Shown piece by piece: positions 20,046 to 30,268 of a DNA stretch of 64,000 nucleotides; the stretch's first letter is position 1, and every line of letters begins with the position of its first letter. The translations under genes were made by a program, and so were the position numbers. The DNA comes from an uncultured Actinomycetes bacterium (lineage in GTDB: Bacteria; Actinomycetota; Acidimicrobiia; IMCC26256; PALSA-610), in assembly GCA_963836365.1 (NCBI GenBank), contig CAWIJC010000006.1:92449-156448 (forward strand). Reading direction: 5' to 3'. The notes under the pieces are model-generated. The model had not been told where the DNA came from. It ran no database searches and was given only the letters and a program-made list of their open reading frames with translations.

Positions 20046-21540
20046 TCATCGCACTTTCCTTTCCGACCGTCGGGCACGGGCGCTCGCGCTCGGCAACGGA
20101 ATCGCGGTCGGACGCGGAGCCACCGGCTCGGGTGGTTCGGCAACCGGGATGTGCAAGATCGCGCTCAGACCGAGGAGCGCGAACAACACGTCCGATCCAC
20201 CCCGCATGGTCAGGTGCATGTCGATCAAGGTCAACACGGTGAGCGCCATCAGTGCCGGCACGCGCGCCGAGCGCCGCGACGCCGATGTCGTCCGTGCGTG
20301 CGACGGCAGACGCGCTTGCAATGACGGAACGCGTTGCACGCGAACCACACGAAGCCGAGGAAGAACGGGATGCCACCGACCCAGAAGAAGTACAGCAGCC
20401 CGCTCTCGAGGTAGATCGTCTCGCGCCACGTCTCGGGCGCGTGCAAGCACCGGGTCGGGCCGCACGCCGAGGACCCACCGGAATCCGCTCATGCGTCGGG
20501 ATGTAGAAGTTCGTGAGGTTGTCGATGCGTCCGAGCCAGCTCGGTGGGATGCCCCAGTAGCCGCCGAAGCCCGAGAGCCGGGTCGCGATCACCGGCCACG
20601 CGACAGCGGCCGCGCACGACGGTCAGCGGAATGAACCACACGAAGAGCCGCCGCAGCTGACCCTCGTACACGACGATGAACCCGACGATGATCAGCACGC
20701 GCGAACCAGGCCGAGAACTGGCCGGTGCCGAGCGCACCGGCGAGGATGATCGACGCCGGCCGCGCCGATGATGCGGCGCGGCTCGCGATGACGCAAGAAC
20801 CAGATCGAGCGCGATGCCGAGGCTGTACGCCAGGAAGTCGCCGGTCGCTATCGGCGAGTTCAGTGTCGTCGCACCACGCCCGGTCTGGTCACCGCCCGCG
20901 GCCGTCGGTGCCCACGGCCCACCGAGACGGATGTTGCCGACTGATTGCGCGAGCGCGATCAAGGCAAGGCTCACCGCGGTGGCGAGCAGGATCCAAAGGC
21001 ACGTGCGCACCTGGGCCGGGGTTCGCACCACCCAGCGGAACAAGGCGTACAGCGCGGCGAGACGCCAGAGCACGAGCGTCCAGAACACGTCCGACGACGA
21101 AGGGGTGAGTCCCTCGCGCGAGCATCCAGAAGAGCGGCCAGAGCGAGCCGATCACCGCGAGGCCGAGGATCGCCCGATCGAGTCTCGTGACTCGCATCGA
21201 CAACGCCTCGCCGCGCCAGGCGCGCTTGGCCGCGCCCGCGACGACCGCCGCGGTCAGAAACGCTTGCAGCGCCTCGCTCGGTCGCAGCACGGGAGTGATC
21301 GACCCCGCGGTCGATTCCACCGATGAACGGCTGCAAGGCGAGGAACGCATACGCGGCGAGCACCGGGCGCGACATGACGACCAGGAACGCGCCGAGCGCC
21401 GCCGCGGCCGGGAAGACCAGGAGCACCATCGGCTGGCGAAGCACGACGAGCCCGAAGACGCCCGCCAGCGGCGCTGCGAGGAGTGTCGCGATCAGGAACA
21501 GCCGCGTCTCCGTGCGGTACGCGTCGCCCGGGAACGATGA
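20046..21540 (-). pseudogene. O-antigen polymerase/ligase-like (Wzy-type) polytopic membrane protein, at least 4 frameshifts; start uncertain
   Basis: TM-rich fragments occur in three frames (LFLIATLLAAPLAGVFGLVVLRQPMVLLVFPAAAALGAFLVV, LDRAILGLAVIGSLWPLFWMLARG, FWTLVLWRLAALYALFRWVV, ETIYLESGLLYFFWVGGIPFFLGFVWFACNAF). The stop lies directly before the GTG of the next gene. Confidence 0.55.
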
Positions 21541-21546
21541 CGGCGT

Positions 21547-23215
21547 TCACGGTCGCACTCGAGTGGCCGCGAGCACGCCGAACCGCAACCGGCGGTGCAA
21601 CGCGTCAGGAAGTTCGGGTGCACGCAGCGACGACTGCACACTCAGGTACCCGATGAGTCCGATGGTGGAAGCGATCGCGACCTGCGCGAGCGCGCCGATG
21701 CGCGAATGGTCGTCGATGACGAGGCGCACCGCGACGGCCGCGACGCCGATCGTCAACAACGCGGCGCTCACGTGGCGGGCGAGCGGGCGCCACCACCCGC
21801 GGACCGGTGGTGTACCACGACGCGCGGCCCAGTCAACGATCAGCGAGCGGGCGACTTGTCCGATGCCGTTGATGATGCCCAGTGCGGCGATCACACCCGC
21901 GCCGTCGAAGTAGCGCACCGCGATCGGTATGCCGATCAGCGTGATCGCGACGAGCACGGCACACGACACGAACGGAGAATGCACGTCGCGGCGGGCGTAG
22001 CAGCGCGACGCGTCGCGAACTCGTGCGTCGCGGCGGGAAGCAGTGACAACCCCAACGACCAGAGCGCGGCCGTCATCAACAGTGTGCCTTCACCGCGTGC
22101 CATCTGGCCGAACGCGAGCGATCGCGCGATCGGCGTCGCGAGGAGCACGAGGACCACCGTCGCGGGCGCCGCGACGAACCACGACCACGAGATGCCGGCC
22201 TCGTAGGTCTCGCGGAAGCGACGAAGATCGCCGCGCAACGAGTCGCGCGACATGCGCGGCAACATCACGGTCCCGACGGCCTTCGCGCTCGAGCGCGAGT
22301 GGCACGTTGTAGAAGTTGAAGCCGATCTGCAACGCGACGACACCACCGGCGACGGTCCCCGCCGCGACGATCAGCGCGAAGAACCACACCGCGTCGAGCA
22401 TCGCGGTGCCGACAGTCGGGAGGGTCTTGCGCACGATGTCGCGCACCTCGGGGTCGTTCCAGCCCCAGCGCGGGCGAAGCGGGATGCCCGCGCGTGCCGC
22501 GCCGAACAGTTGCAGCGAGACGTGCGCGACGACTGCCAACGTCGAGCCCGCACCGAGCACGACGAGCTCGGCGGTCGAGACGTCGTGCACGTTGTTGCCG
22601 ACGCCGAACCAACGCGCGGCGAGCAGCAGTGTGACGATCAACCCGACGTTCTCGATCGCGGGCGCGGCGGCCGCGAGCGCGAAGTGCCGCCAGCGCGTTC
22701 TGCGCGGCCGACACCGACCGCGGCCACGCCGTAGAGGATGATCTGCGGAACGACCAACAGCAACAGGACCCAGGTCTGGCGCGCACCCTGTGCCGCGTCT
22801 TCGTGACGGTGGATCCCGAGCGTCAACAAGTGGACGATCAGCGGGCCGAGACCGACGACGACGACACCTGCGCCGCAGAACCCCACGAGCACGACACCGA
22901 CAAGACCTTGGGCGACGCGGCTTGGCCTCGTCGAGTCCTTTCCTGTCGAGCGCGCCGACGAGCGAGGGGACGATCAGGGTCGTGAGCAGCGACCCCGCGA
23001 GGAGGTTGTACGTGATGTTCGGGACACTGTTCGTCGCTTGAAAGATATTCGCGAAGAACGTCGGGCCGAGCACCGCCCCGACGATGATGACGCGGATCAG
23101 ACCAGCTGCCCCTGCTGACCAGCGTCCAGCCCGCGACACCGAACGATTCCGCGACCTCCCGCCCGGTATCGGCGTCGGCGATCGAGTCGCCGACTTCGGT
23201 GCGCGTCTGTTCCAT
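21547..23215 (-). pseudogene. MurJ/MviN-like (MOP superfamily) flippase, at least 4 frameshifts
   Basis: It shows AAGLIRVIIVGAVLGPTFFANIFQATNSVPNITYNLLAGSLLTTLIVPSLVGAL, then further TM text in other frames (ORFs 22638.., 22090.., 21936.., 21547..). The proposed ATG at 23215 (MEQTRTEVGDS...) overlaps an out-of-frame TGA as TGATG. Confidence 0.65.
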
Positions 23216-24081
23216 CAGTCGCGCTGGTCTGCGAGGTGCCGCCGCAGCAAGGAACATCGCCGCCACCGCGACGAGCGCAAAGCCGGCGAGCCCACCGGCG
23301 ACTGCGGCCTTCATCGGCTTGGGCGACACCGGACTGTCGAGCAGGTACGGCTGCGTGATCTGCTCGATGGTCGGCCGCTCCGCCTGCTCGGTGGTCAGCT
23401 CATCGATCGTCGACTGGAGGCTGGTCTTGCGATCATCGAGGTTGGAGAGCTGACTCTGGACTGCCGCCTGTTGCGCGGACGTGGCCGCGTTCCCGAGCTG
23501 CGCATTGAGGTCGTTGATCTGCCTGTTGACCTCGTCGAGATCCTGCGTTCGCGCCTTCAGCACATCGTCGAGCGAGTCTTGGCGAGCGACCTTCAGGTAT
23601 GCGTCGGTGATCGCGCCGACCATTGCCTGCGCGCGAGCGCGCGACTTGTCGTCGACCTCGATGCGCAGCACCTCGCTCTCCTCGAGCACGCTCGGGTGCA
23701 CCTTCGACGCGAGCGCGTCGACGCTGACGTGGTTCGCGCGCGCGATCGGCGTGAGGATCTCACGACTCTTGATCTTCACCAGCTGCGTCGACAGCGCGCG
23801 GTCCTGGCGCAAGAAGCCCGAAGGATTGCTCTGCCCGAGCTGGTAGTAGATCTCGGTCACGCGCCCCGTAGACCGAAGGCGCGAGGTTCGACACGAGGTA
23901 GCCCGCCTCGGCGCCGATGATCACGATCAGGAGCGCCCAGATCGCGTAGAGCACGAGCGCACGACGCGAGAATGTCGCGCCGGCGCGGCTGGAAGACAGC
24001 GACGGCGAGGACGTCGGGTGGGAGTGTGGGGGCCTTGTTCTGGGACGGGACCGGAGCGAGCTCGTCAGCCGGCTTTTCCAT
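23215..24081 (-). pseudogene. Wzz-like chain-length-determinant (polysaccharide co-polymerase) protein, at least 2 frameshifts
   Basis: It starts MEKPADELAPVPSQ (24081). TM1 is RRALVLYAIWALLIVIIGAEAGYLV in another frame. The coiled-coil body lies in ORF 22838..23860 (DLNAQLGNAATSAQQAAVQSQLSNLDDRKTSLQSTIDEL). TM2 is AVAGGLAGFALVAVAAMFLAA. The exact 3' end is inferred. Confidence 0.6.
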
Positions 24082-26312
24082 ACGTGGTCTCCTCTGGGAC
24101 CGCGAGCAAGGCCTCGCACACCCGCTCGATCTGTGCGCTCGTGATCGTAGGAAACATCGGAAGCGAGATGATCTCGCCTGCCGCTTTTTCCGTCACGGGC
24201 AATGACTCGGTGGCAAAGGGCGAGAACGCGGCCTGCCGGTGTGCCGGTACGGGATAGTGCAGACCCCATCCGATGCGACCGGTATCGAGCTCGGCGAGCA
24301 CGCGTGCCCGATCGGGAACGCGAACAACATGAAGGTGGTATACGGCTGTTGCCGCGGGTCGGTCGTCAGGGGACGGTGCTCCGTGCCCGCGAGCAGGCGC
24401 TGGTACTGGCGGGCCGCGACCATCCGGCCGGCATTCCATTCGTCGAGGCGGCGCAGCTTCACCGACAGGATCGCGGCCTGCAGTCCGTCGAGCCGGCTGT
24501 TGCAGCCGACGATGTCGTGCTGGTGCCAGCCGGTCGGCGTACGTCCGTGGTTTGCAAGGGCGCGGATGTGCCGCGCGATGCCGGTGTCGTCGGTCGTGAC
24601 CGCTCCTGCGTCGCCGAACGCGCCCAAGTTCTTGCCCGGATAGAAGCTGAACGCGGCCGCATGGCTGTAGGCACCCGCGCGCCGTCGCCGCCACCGCGCG
24701 CCGTGCGCTTGCCGCGGCGTCCTCGATCACCGCGATACCCAGCGCGTGCCGCGACCCGACCGATCGCGTCCATGTCGGGCATCTGGCCGTAAAGGTGTAC
24801 GACGATCACCGCGGCCGTTCGTGCCGAGATCGCGTCCGCGACGTGCTCGGCGCTGACCAACAGCGTCCGCGGGTCTACGTCGACGAACACAGGAATCGCG
24901 CCGGCGGCGACGATCGCTTCGACGGTTGCGACGAACGTGTTGCCCGGGACGATCACCTCCTGCCCGTCGACACTCAGCGATGCGAGGATCAGCATCAGTG
25001 CATCGGTCCCGTTCGCGACACCGATGCAGTGGCGAACACCGCAGTAGTCCGCGAACTCTGCCTCGAACCGTTCGACGTGCGCGCCGCCAACGAACGCGTT
25101 CGCAGCAGTCACGCGCGCCCACGCGTCGTCGATCTCGGATCGAATCTCGTCGTGCTGCGCGGCGAGATCGAGAAATGGAATGCGGTCGGAAGACGTGATT
25201 GTCACACGGCTCGCGTCCCCATCGAGAACCAGTGGCAGCTCGGGGCGAACGCGTGTGAGATCAATGTCGGGGCCATCCGCGTCGGACAGCACCGGCAACG
25301 TGTGTAGTGCGACTTCCCGCCCGGAGATCAGCGCGTTGTTCGCGGCTTCCAACACGCGCGCAACCGCGAGGCCACTGTTGCCGTCGGTGCGCGGTGTGCG
25401 CCCGTCGCGAATGCACTCGAGGAGGTGCGCATTCTGCACGGCGAGCGGTTCTTCGAATGCGATGAACGGCGACACGATGTCGCCACGACGATAGGACACA
25501 CCCGGCGCACTGACAGACTCCGAGAACGAGACGTGATCCACGCCGACGTCGTACACGCGGATGCGCTCGTCACCGGCCATGTCGTTGTAGACGGCCATCT
25601 TGCGACTCCCCACGACGGTCACACGCCGAACCTTGCACGGCGCGAGCCAGCTCACATGGATATACGCGCGAATATCCGGTTCCGTATAGCGCAGCTGAAT
25701 GTGCGCGACATCCTCCGCACCGAGGCTCGCGTGACTGTGGCCCCATGCCGACACGCCTACTGGGGGGCGACCGAGGAGGTAGTTCACAATTGAAACGTCG
25801 TGCGGTGCCAGATCCCAGATGACGTTCACATCGGCTTGATACAAGCCGAGACTCAGACGCGCGCAATCTATATAGCGAATATCGCCGAGATGCCCGTCGC
25901 TCACGAGCTCGCGGAGCTTCCACACTGCCGCGTGGTGCTCGAAAGTGTGGCCCGACATCAGCACCACGCCATGGGCCTCGGCGGCGTCGACCAGCGCCTC
26001 ACAGTCAGCCGAACTGGTCGCCAACGGCTTTTCGACGAACACGTGCCGATCGGCGCGGATCGCCGCGAGCGCAAGACGCGCGTGTGTGGCCGACGGGGTC
26101 GCGACGACGACTGCGTCGACCTCGCGCAGGACCTCGTCCAACGATCGCGACAGTCTCGCGCCGGGACAGTCCCGACGCGCTGCCGTCAACCGACTCGGAT
26201 CAGTGTCGACAATCGTGACGGCCACGTCGGGCATCGCGCTGAACACGCGAACGTGTTTCGAACCCCAGTACCCGTAGCCGACAATCGCTACCGCGATGTG
26301 CCCGCGTGTCAT
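24065..26312 (-). pseudogene. In-frame fusion of a Gfo/Idh/MocA (WbpB-like) sugar dehydrogenase with a DegT/DnrJ/EryC1/StrS (WbpE-like) aminotransferase; aminotransferase half carries about 3 frameshifts
   Basis: ORF 24459..26312 contains a Rossmann N-terminus (IAVAIVGYGYWGSKH, VFVEKPLA) up to about ...ISGREVAL (nt 25308). A linker of about 40 aa follows, then DegT text (RIPFLDLAAQHDEIRSEIDDAW, IGVANGTDALMLIL, PGNTFVATVEAIVAAGAIPVFVDVD). The continuation lies in other frames (VIEDAA, GKNLGAFGDAGAVTTDD, ANHGR, CNSRLDGLQAAIL, LHYPVPAHRQAAF, ISLPMFPTITSAQIERV). Confidence 0.75.
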
Positions 26313-26713
26313 TCCTCGCCCTGGCCCCCTCGTTTCGCCCCCCTCGGCGAGAACGATCTACCACATCGCGCGGCCGAATAAAGCGATGCCGCGACGCCGG
26401 CGCGCGCGAGCGCGCGTCGAATTGCGCAGAACATCGGACGTCTGGGGGAAACGCGGCTCGCGGTGTCGGGCTCTTCGTACATGCCGCGCTGCGACAGGTG
26501 GTCGGTGAGTGCGAGATGCGCGTACCGGAAGTCGTGCGAAGCGCGGCTGTTGCGGGTGAGCGCGCAGATACAGGAGGTCGTACGGATGTGTACCGACGCG
26601 CGGAACTTTCCCACAGGGCTGTGCACAATGCCGGCGCGAGTTCAATGCGCGCGCGTTCCGGAAGCGCATGCGGAAAACCACGATCGCGACACGCGAGCGG
26701 TAATGATGAACGA

Positions 26714-27203
26714 ATGCCGTGGGACGAAGATGCACGGGCTGAGTTCGACGCTGCCTACGGCAACCTCGTGAGCGTGACGTGTCACATCGCGCGTCGATTC
26801 TTTCGTTACGACTCGACGGGCGTGAACGAGGTCGTGGCAGAAGCCATGGCACGCACGTATGCACACTGGGAACGCGTCCAGCGGAGCCCGAACGCGGTGG
26901 CGTGGGTCGTCGTGTGCACGAAGGACGTGTGTCTCGAGCAACTCCGCGCGCGCGGAGGCAGGCGACGACGAGGGAAAGACACCGAACGTGTCGCGCACGA
27001 TCTGCGACGTACTCGATCACCTCCGGCGTACACAGCGCGACGTTGCGGCACTGCGCTTCATGATGGATTGCGACGAGACCACTACATCGCTTGCTCTGAG
27101 CCTGTCGGCCCCCAAGGTCAATGCGCTCGCGGAAAAGGTCAGAAGCAAGCTCGAGGACGTGCTTCCCGACGATTACGTGTCGTCTGAAGAGGCAGTTGCG
27201 TGA
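26714..27203 (+). pseudogene. ECF-like sigma-70 family factor, one frameshift (about 26945-27000)
   Basis: Region-2-like text follows ATG 26714 (FDAAYGNLVSVTCHIARRFF, AEAMARTYAHWERV, AWVVVCTKDVCLEQLRAR). Region-4-like text lies in ORF 26859..27203 (LDHLRRTQRDVAALRFMMDCDETTTSLALSLSAPKVNALAEKVRSKL). Confidence 0.6.
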
Positions 27204-27222
27204 GTAGCCGGGCGCAGCGCGG

Positions 27223-27972
27223 ATGCGCGGGAGCTCTGTGCCGTCGCACGGGCGGTCGAGCGCAGGAGCGCGGAGCCGCATGAACGACAACGAAGGACCG
27301 CACGAACCCTGGAATGACGCCTCGCTTCCGAGCGAGTTCGATTCCCACGAGATCTACTCGTACGCGACGGGGGTTGGCGAGACCCGCCGGCGACAACGCA
27401 AGCAACGCCAGGTGATCGCGACCGTCTTGAGTTGTGTCGTCGTCGTCATGGCGGCGGTCGCGATCGCGCTCTCGCGCTCCGACGAACCGTCGAGCGTTGC
27501 GGTCGCGGCTTCTCCCACGTCGACAGGAGCGTCGGACACGCACGCACCGGTCGCTACAGTGCCGCCGACCGCCGGGGACAGGCGCGCCACCAGGCGCGCG
27601 GCGCACGCGCGAAAACCGAAGGCGAAAGCGCCGAACCTGGAGCCATTCGCGCCCGCGGGGCGCGCCGTGTCGGCGTGTCGCTCCATCTCGATCACGAACG
27701 GCTCACCGGCCGTGGAGGTCGTCGCCTTCCACGACGCCGGCGTGCCGATCGACACCACCACGACGACTGTCGTCGTACCGCCACCCACCACGACCACGAC
27801 GTCGCCTCCGCCGAGCACGACGACGACCACGATGCAGCCCCTTCCACCTCCGCCGCCGCCCCCGCGTACGACCACGACGATCCGCGTCTCGCCCCGCGAA
27901 GGGTTCGGTCCGCCCCCTCCGACGGGCACGCCGGGAACTCCGGATCCGGCGCCGCGTCGTCCGCAGTGCTGA
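27223..27972 (+). CDS. Single-pass membrane protein with Thr/Pro-rich tail (candidate anti-sigma factor)
   Basis: It starts 20 nt after the sigma-factor stop, with an alternative ATG at 27280 (MNDNEGPHEPW). It has one TM helix (VIATVLSCVVVVMAAVAIAL) and a low-complexity tail (TTTTTVVVPPPTTTTTSPPPSTTTTTMQPLPPPPPPP). Its function is inferred from position only. Confidence 0.5.
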   Translation: MRGSSVPSHGRSSAGARSRMNDNEGPHEPWNDASLPSEFDSHEIYSYATGVGETRRRQRKQRQVIATVLSCVVVVMAAVAIALSRSDEPSSVAVAASPTSTGASDTHAPVATVPPTAGDRRATRRAAHARKPKAKAPNLEPFAPAGRAVSACRSISITNGSPAVEVVAFHDAGVPIDTTTTTVVVPPPTTTTTSPPPSTTTTTMQPLPPPPPPPRTTTTIRVSPREGFGPPPPTGTPGTPDPAPRRPQC

Positions 27973-27979
27973 CGAGTCA

Positions 27980-29796
27980 TCAGGGGCCGACCTCGCGAAA
28001 CACAGCAACGGCCGGGCTCGTGACATTGGCGGCGTGATAGGCACGCCCGAAGTCGGCGGGTGTGATCAGTCCGGCGCTCAAGTCGCGCAGCAGTTGCAGG
28101 TGCTTTGCCTCGGACTCGCGACCCAACTCGATCCTTTGGTCGAGCGACACTGCTCCGCTGTACGCAACGAGCTCGAGCCCGGATTGACGCGCGTAGTCTT
28201 GCAAATCGTTCTCGGCGAGAACGACGAGATGCGTCGCGCCGGGCGCGTCACCGGCGACGCGATGATCTCCGTACAAGTGCCCGGGATCCGCGGGCACGCG
28301 GGCCGCGAAGCCCCGCCGTTCGAGCGCGAGCAGCACGCCTTGCAGGTACCACTCGCCCGCGGCCGTCCGCGAGGTCAACACGACTTCCCCCGCGCCGCGG
28401 TCGAGTCTCGATGCGAGCTTCCGCGCCACGATGTCGGTGTCGGGCGACTCCCAGCTGGGCGGCGCCATCTGCGCGACATCGACGAGCTGGACGATGCAGA
28501 GCCCGAGCAGCGCGACGACCGTGATCGGTACGAGCACAGTCGTCGACGCCGACGGCCACCTCGCGGCGACAAGGTTCCAGGCGACCCACACCACGATGAC
28601 TCCGGCGAGCGCGCCGACGACCCACGTCCACAGCAACCGGTATTCGTACATGGTCCCGATCGTGCGCACGATCGCGACGATCGAGACGGCGATCATGAAG
28701 CCGATCACGGCCGCGAGCCGAATCACAGCCCGATCGCGGCGCCGAGCGGCGACGACAATCGCCGCGGTCACGACAACGAGCAGAACGGGGTGCAGCGGTG
28801 CGCTGAGCAGCAGAGTTGCGCCGTTGAACGGGTTGACCGGGCGTCCGCCGGTGTACCAGCCGGGCCGGCTCGAGAACTGCGCGAGCGTGACGCGCAGTCC
28901 TTCGCTCAGCGAGTGCACTCCGTCGGCCTCGCGGTTGAACCACCGCACCATCGTCGACAAGTTGCCGGTGCCGAACACTTCGTCCCACAGGGGCGGCAGC
29001 CACAGGACGAAGGTCGCCCCGACCGCGACCAGGCCCGCGCGCAGTACACGCGATCGCACCTCGTCGTCGTGCCTGCGCCATGTCGTCACCGACAACCACG
29101 CTCCGGGGAACAACAGCGCGGGGATGACGAGCGGCGCGTAGCCGATGTGGGTCTGCACGAGCCACGAGCCGACCGCGGCCGACGCCGGGACGGCCCACGC
29201 GCGAGCTGACACCATTGCCCAGACGAGCACGCAGAAGAAGCCGAACGGCATCAGGCTGACGAAGCACACCCACGGGTCGCGCAACAACTCCGGACCGAGT
29301 GCACGCGGCGAGCACGCTCGCCGCGAGCAGGACGAGCAAGGCCGCGGCCGTCCCGCCGAGACGGCGCGCGACGAGCGCCATCCCCGCGATCGCCGCGACA
29401 TTGATCGCAAGCGCGCCGATGATCAGGCCCGCTGGGTTGCTCCCAGTCATCCGGTACGGGATCACGAGCGTGTAGAAGAGCAACGGTCCCGGATGGCTCC
29501 AGCCGTCGCGCGAATACAGGCCGAACAGCACCGGGTGGTGGAACACGTCGCGGACGGCGAGCTCGGTCAACGCCTGATCGCGGATGAAGGCGCGCGTGGC
29601 CGTCGTGCAGCGTCGCAACGGCGGAGAACAGGAACGGCACCAGGACGAGAACGAACGCGAGCGCGTACGCATACCGGAGCGCAGGCGGATCGACAGACTG
29701 GTCGGCAGGCTGGTCGACACGCCGGCCGCCGCCTTCAGGCTCGCTGGTGTGGTCGCTCCCGACGGGCGCGGCTGGCGCGGCTGGTTGCATGGTCAC
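27980..29796 (-). pseudogene. Large polytopic membrane protein, GT-C-like glycosyltransferase (putative), two frameshifts
   Basis: The N-terminus lies in ORF 29251..29796 (ALRYAYALAFVLVLVPFLFSAVATL). The middle lies in ORF 28248..29720 (IRDQALTELAVRDVFHHPVLFGLYSRDGWSHPGPLLFYTLVIPYR). The remainder lies in ORF 27980..29410 (many TM helices plus a soluble C-terminal domain). The family call is tentative. Confidence 0.5.
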
Positions 29797-30268
29797 ACGA
29801 GACGGGTCGAGGCCCCGTGCTCCGTGACGCTACTGGCCCACGGACGACGACGGGGTGAGCCGGGCGATCTGCGCATGCGATGGGGTTCTCGACGAGCAGT
29901 GCCGCCGCCTGCTCGAATGCGCAGCCGGTCGGGGCCCGCATGCACGAGCCGGGGTGCGGCGAGCACGCGGTCGCCGATGTATTGCATCAGTACACCGTCA
30001 GCGGTGCGCGCGACGGGGTGCGGAACGGCTACACCCGCGCGCGAGAGGCGGGCGAGCATTCCGAATTCGTTGTCGGGCCAGTCCCGGCGGAGCACCGTTC
30101 TTCCGTGTCGCGTTTTCGTGGCCGCGGCGGACGGTCGCGATCACCGGCGACACGCGTGCGCGTCGCGCACGCGTGCCGGAAGCCCGGACGCGCACGGACA
30201 CATTCGTGCCGCGCTCTCGCAGGCCAGCCACTCGGCCACCGCGGCACTCAGGGTAATCCCGCGCCGGT
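29793..30268 (-). pseudogene. Possible RIO-type kinase remnant (truncated, degenerate)
   Basis: The text TKTRHGRTVLRRDWPDNEFGMLARLSRAGVAVPHPVARTADGVLMQYIGDRVLAAPRL resembles the RIO1 N-lobe/hinge. No catalytic-loop HGDLS-like motif follows, there are in-frame stops upstream, and only about 160 codons of space are available. Confidence 0.3.

Noticed and set aside
26602-26606. GGAAC about 108 nt upstream of the ECF-like sigma gene, considered as an ECF-type -35 element
   Set aside because: No convincing CGTT/GTT-type -10 element lies at the expected 15-17 nt spacing (the sequence downstream is TTTCCCACAGGGCTGTGCACAAT). This is not enough to call a promoter.
26309-26626. 105-aa minus-strand ORF in the divergent intergenic region (contains FRYAHLALTDHLSQRGMYEEPDT)
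   Set aside because: A short stretch looks protein-like, but I cannot assign it to a family. It has no start context and would overlap the promoter region of both flanking operons. It may be a gene relic and cannot be supported.
27760-27900. ACC/ACG/CCG-rich repetitive DNA, considered as a tandem repeat or array
   Set aside because: It has no fixed repeat unit or spacer structure. It is the coding sequence of a Thr/Pro low-complexity protein tail.
27434-29209. 591-aa plus-strand ORF antisense to the GT-C-like membrane protein
   Set aside because: It is extremely Arg-rich (runs of RRRR, RPRR) with no domain-like text. The minus strand gives coherent TM-helix sequence.
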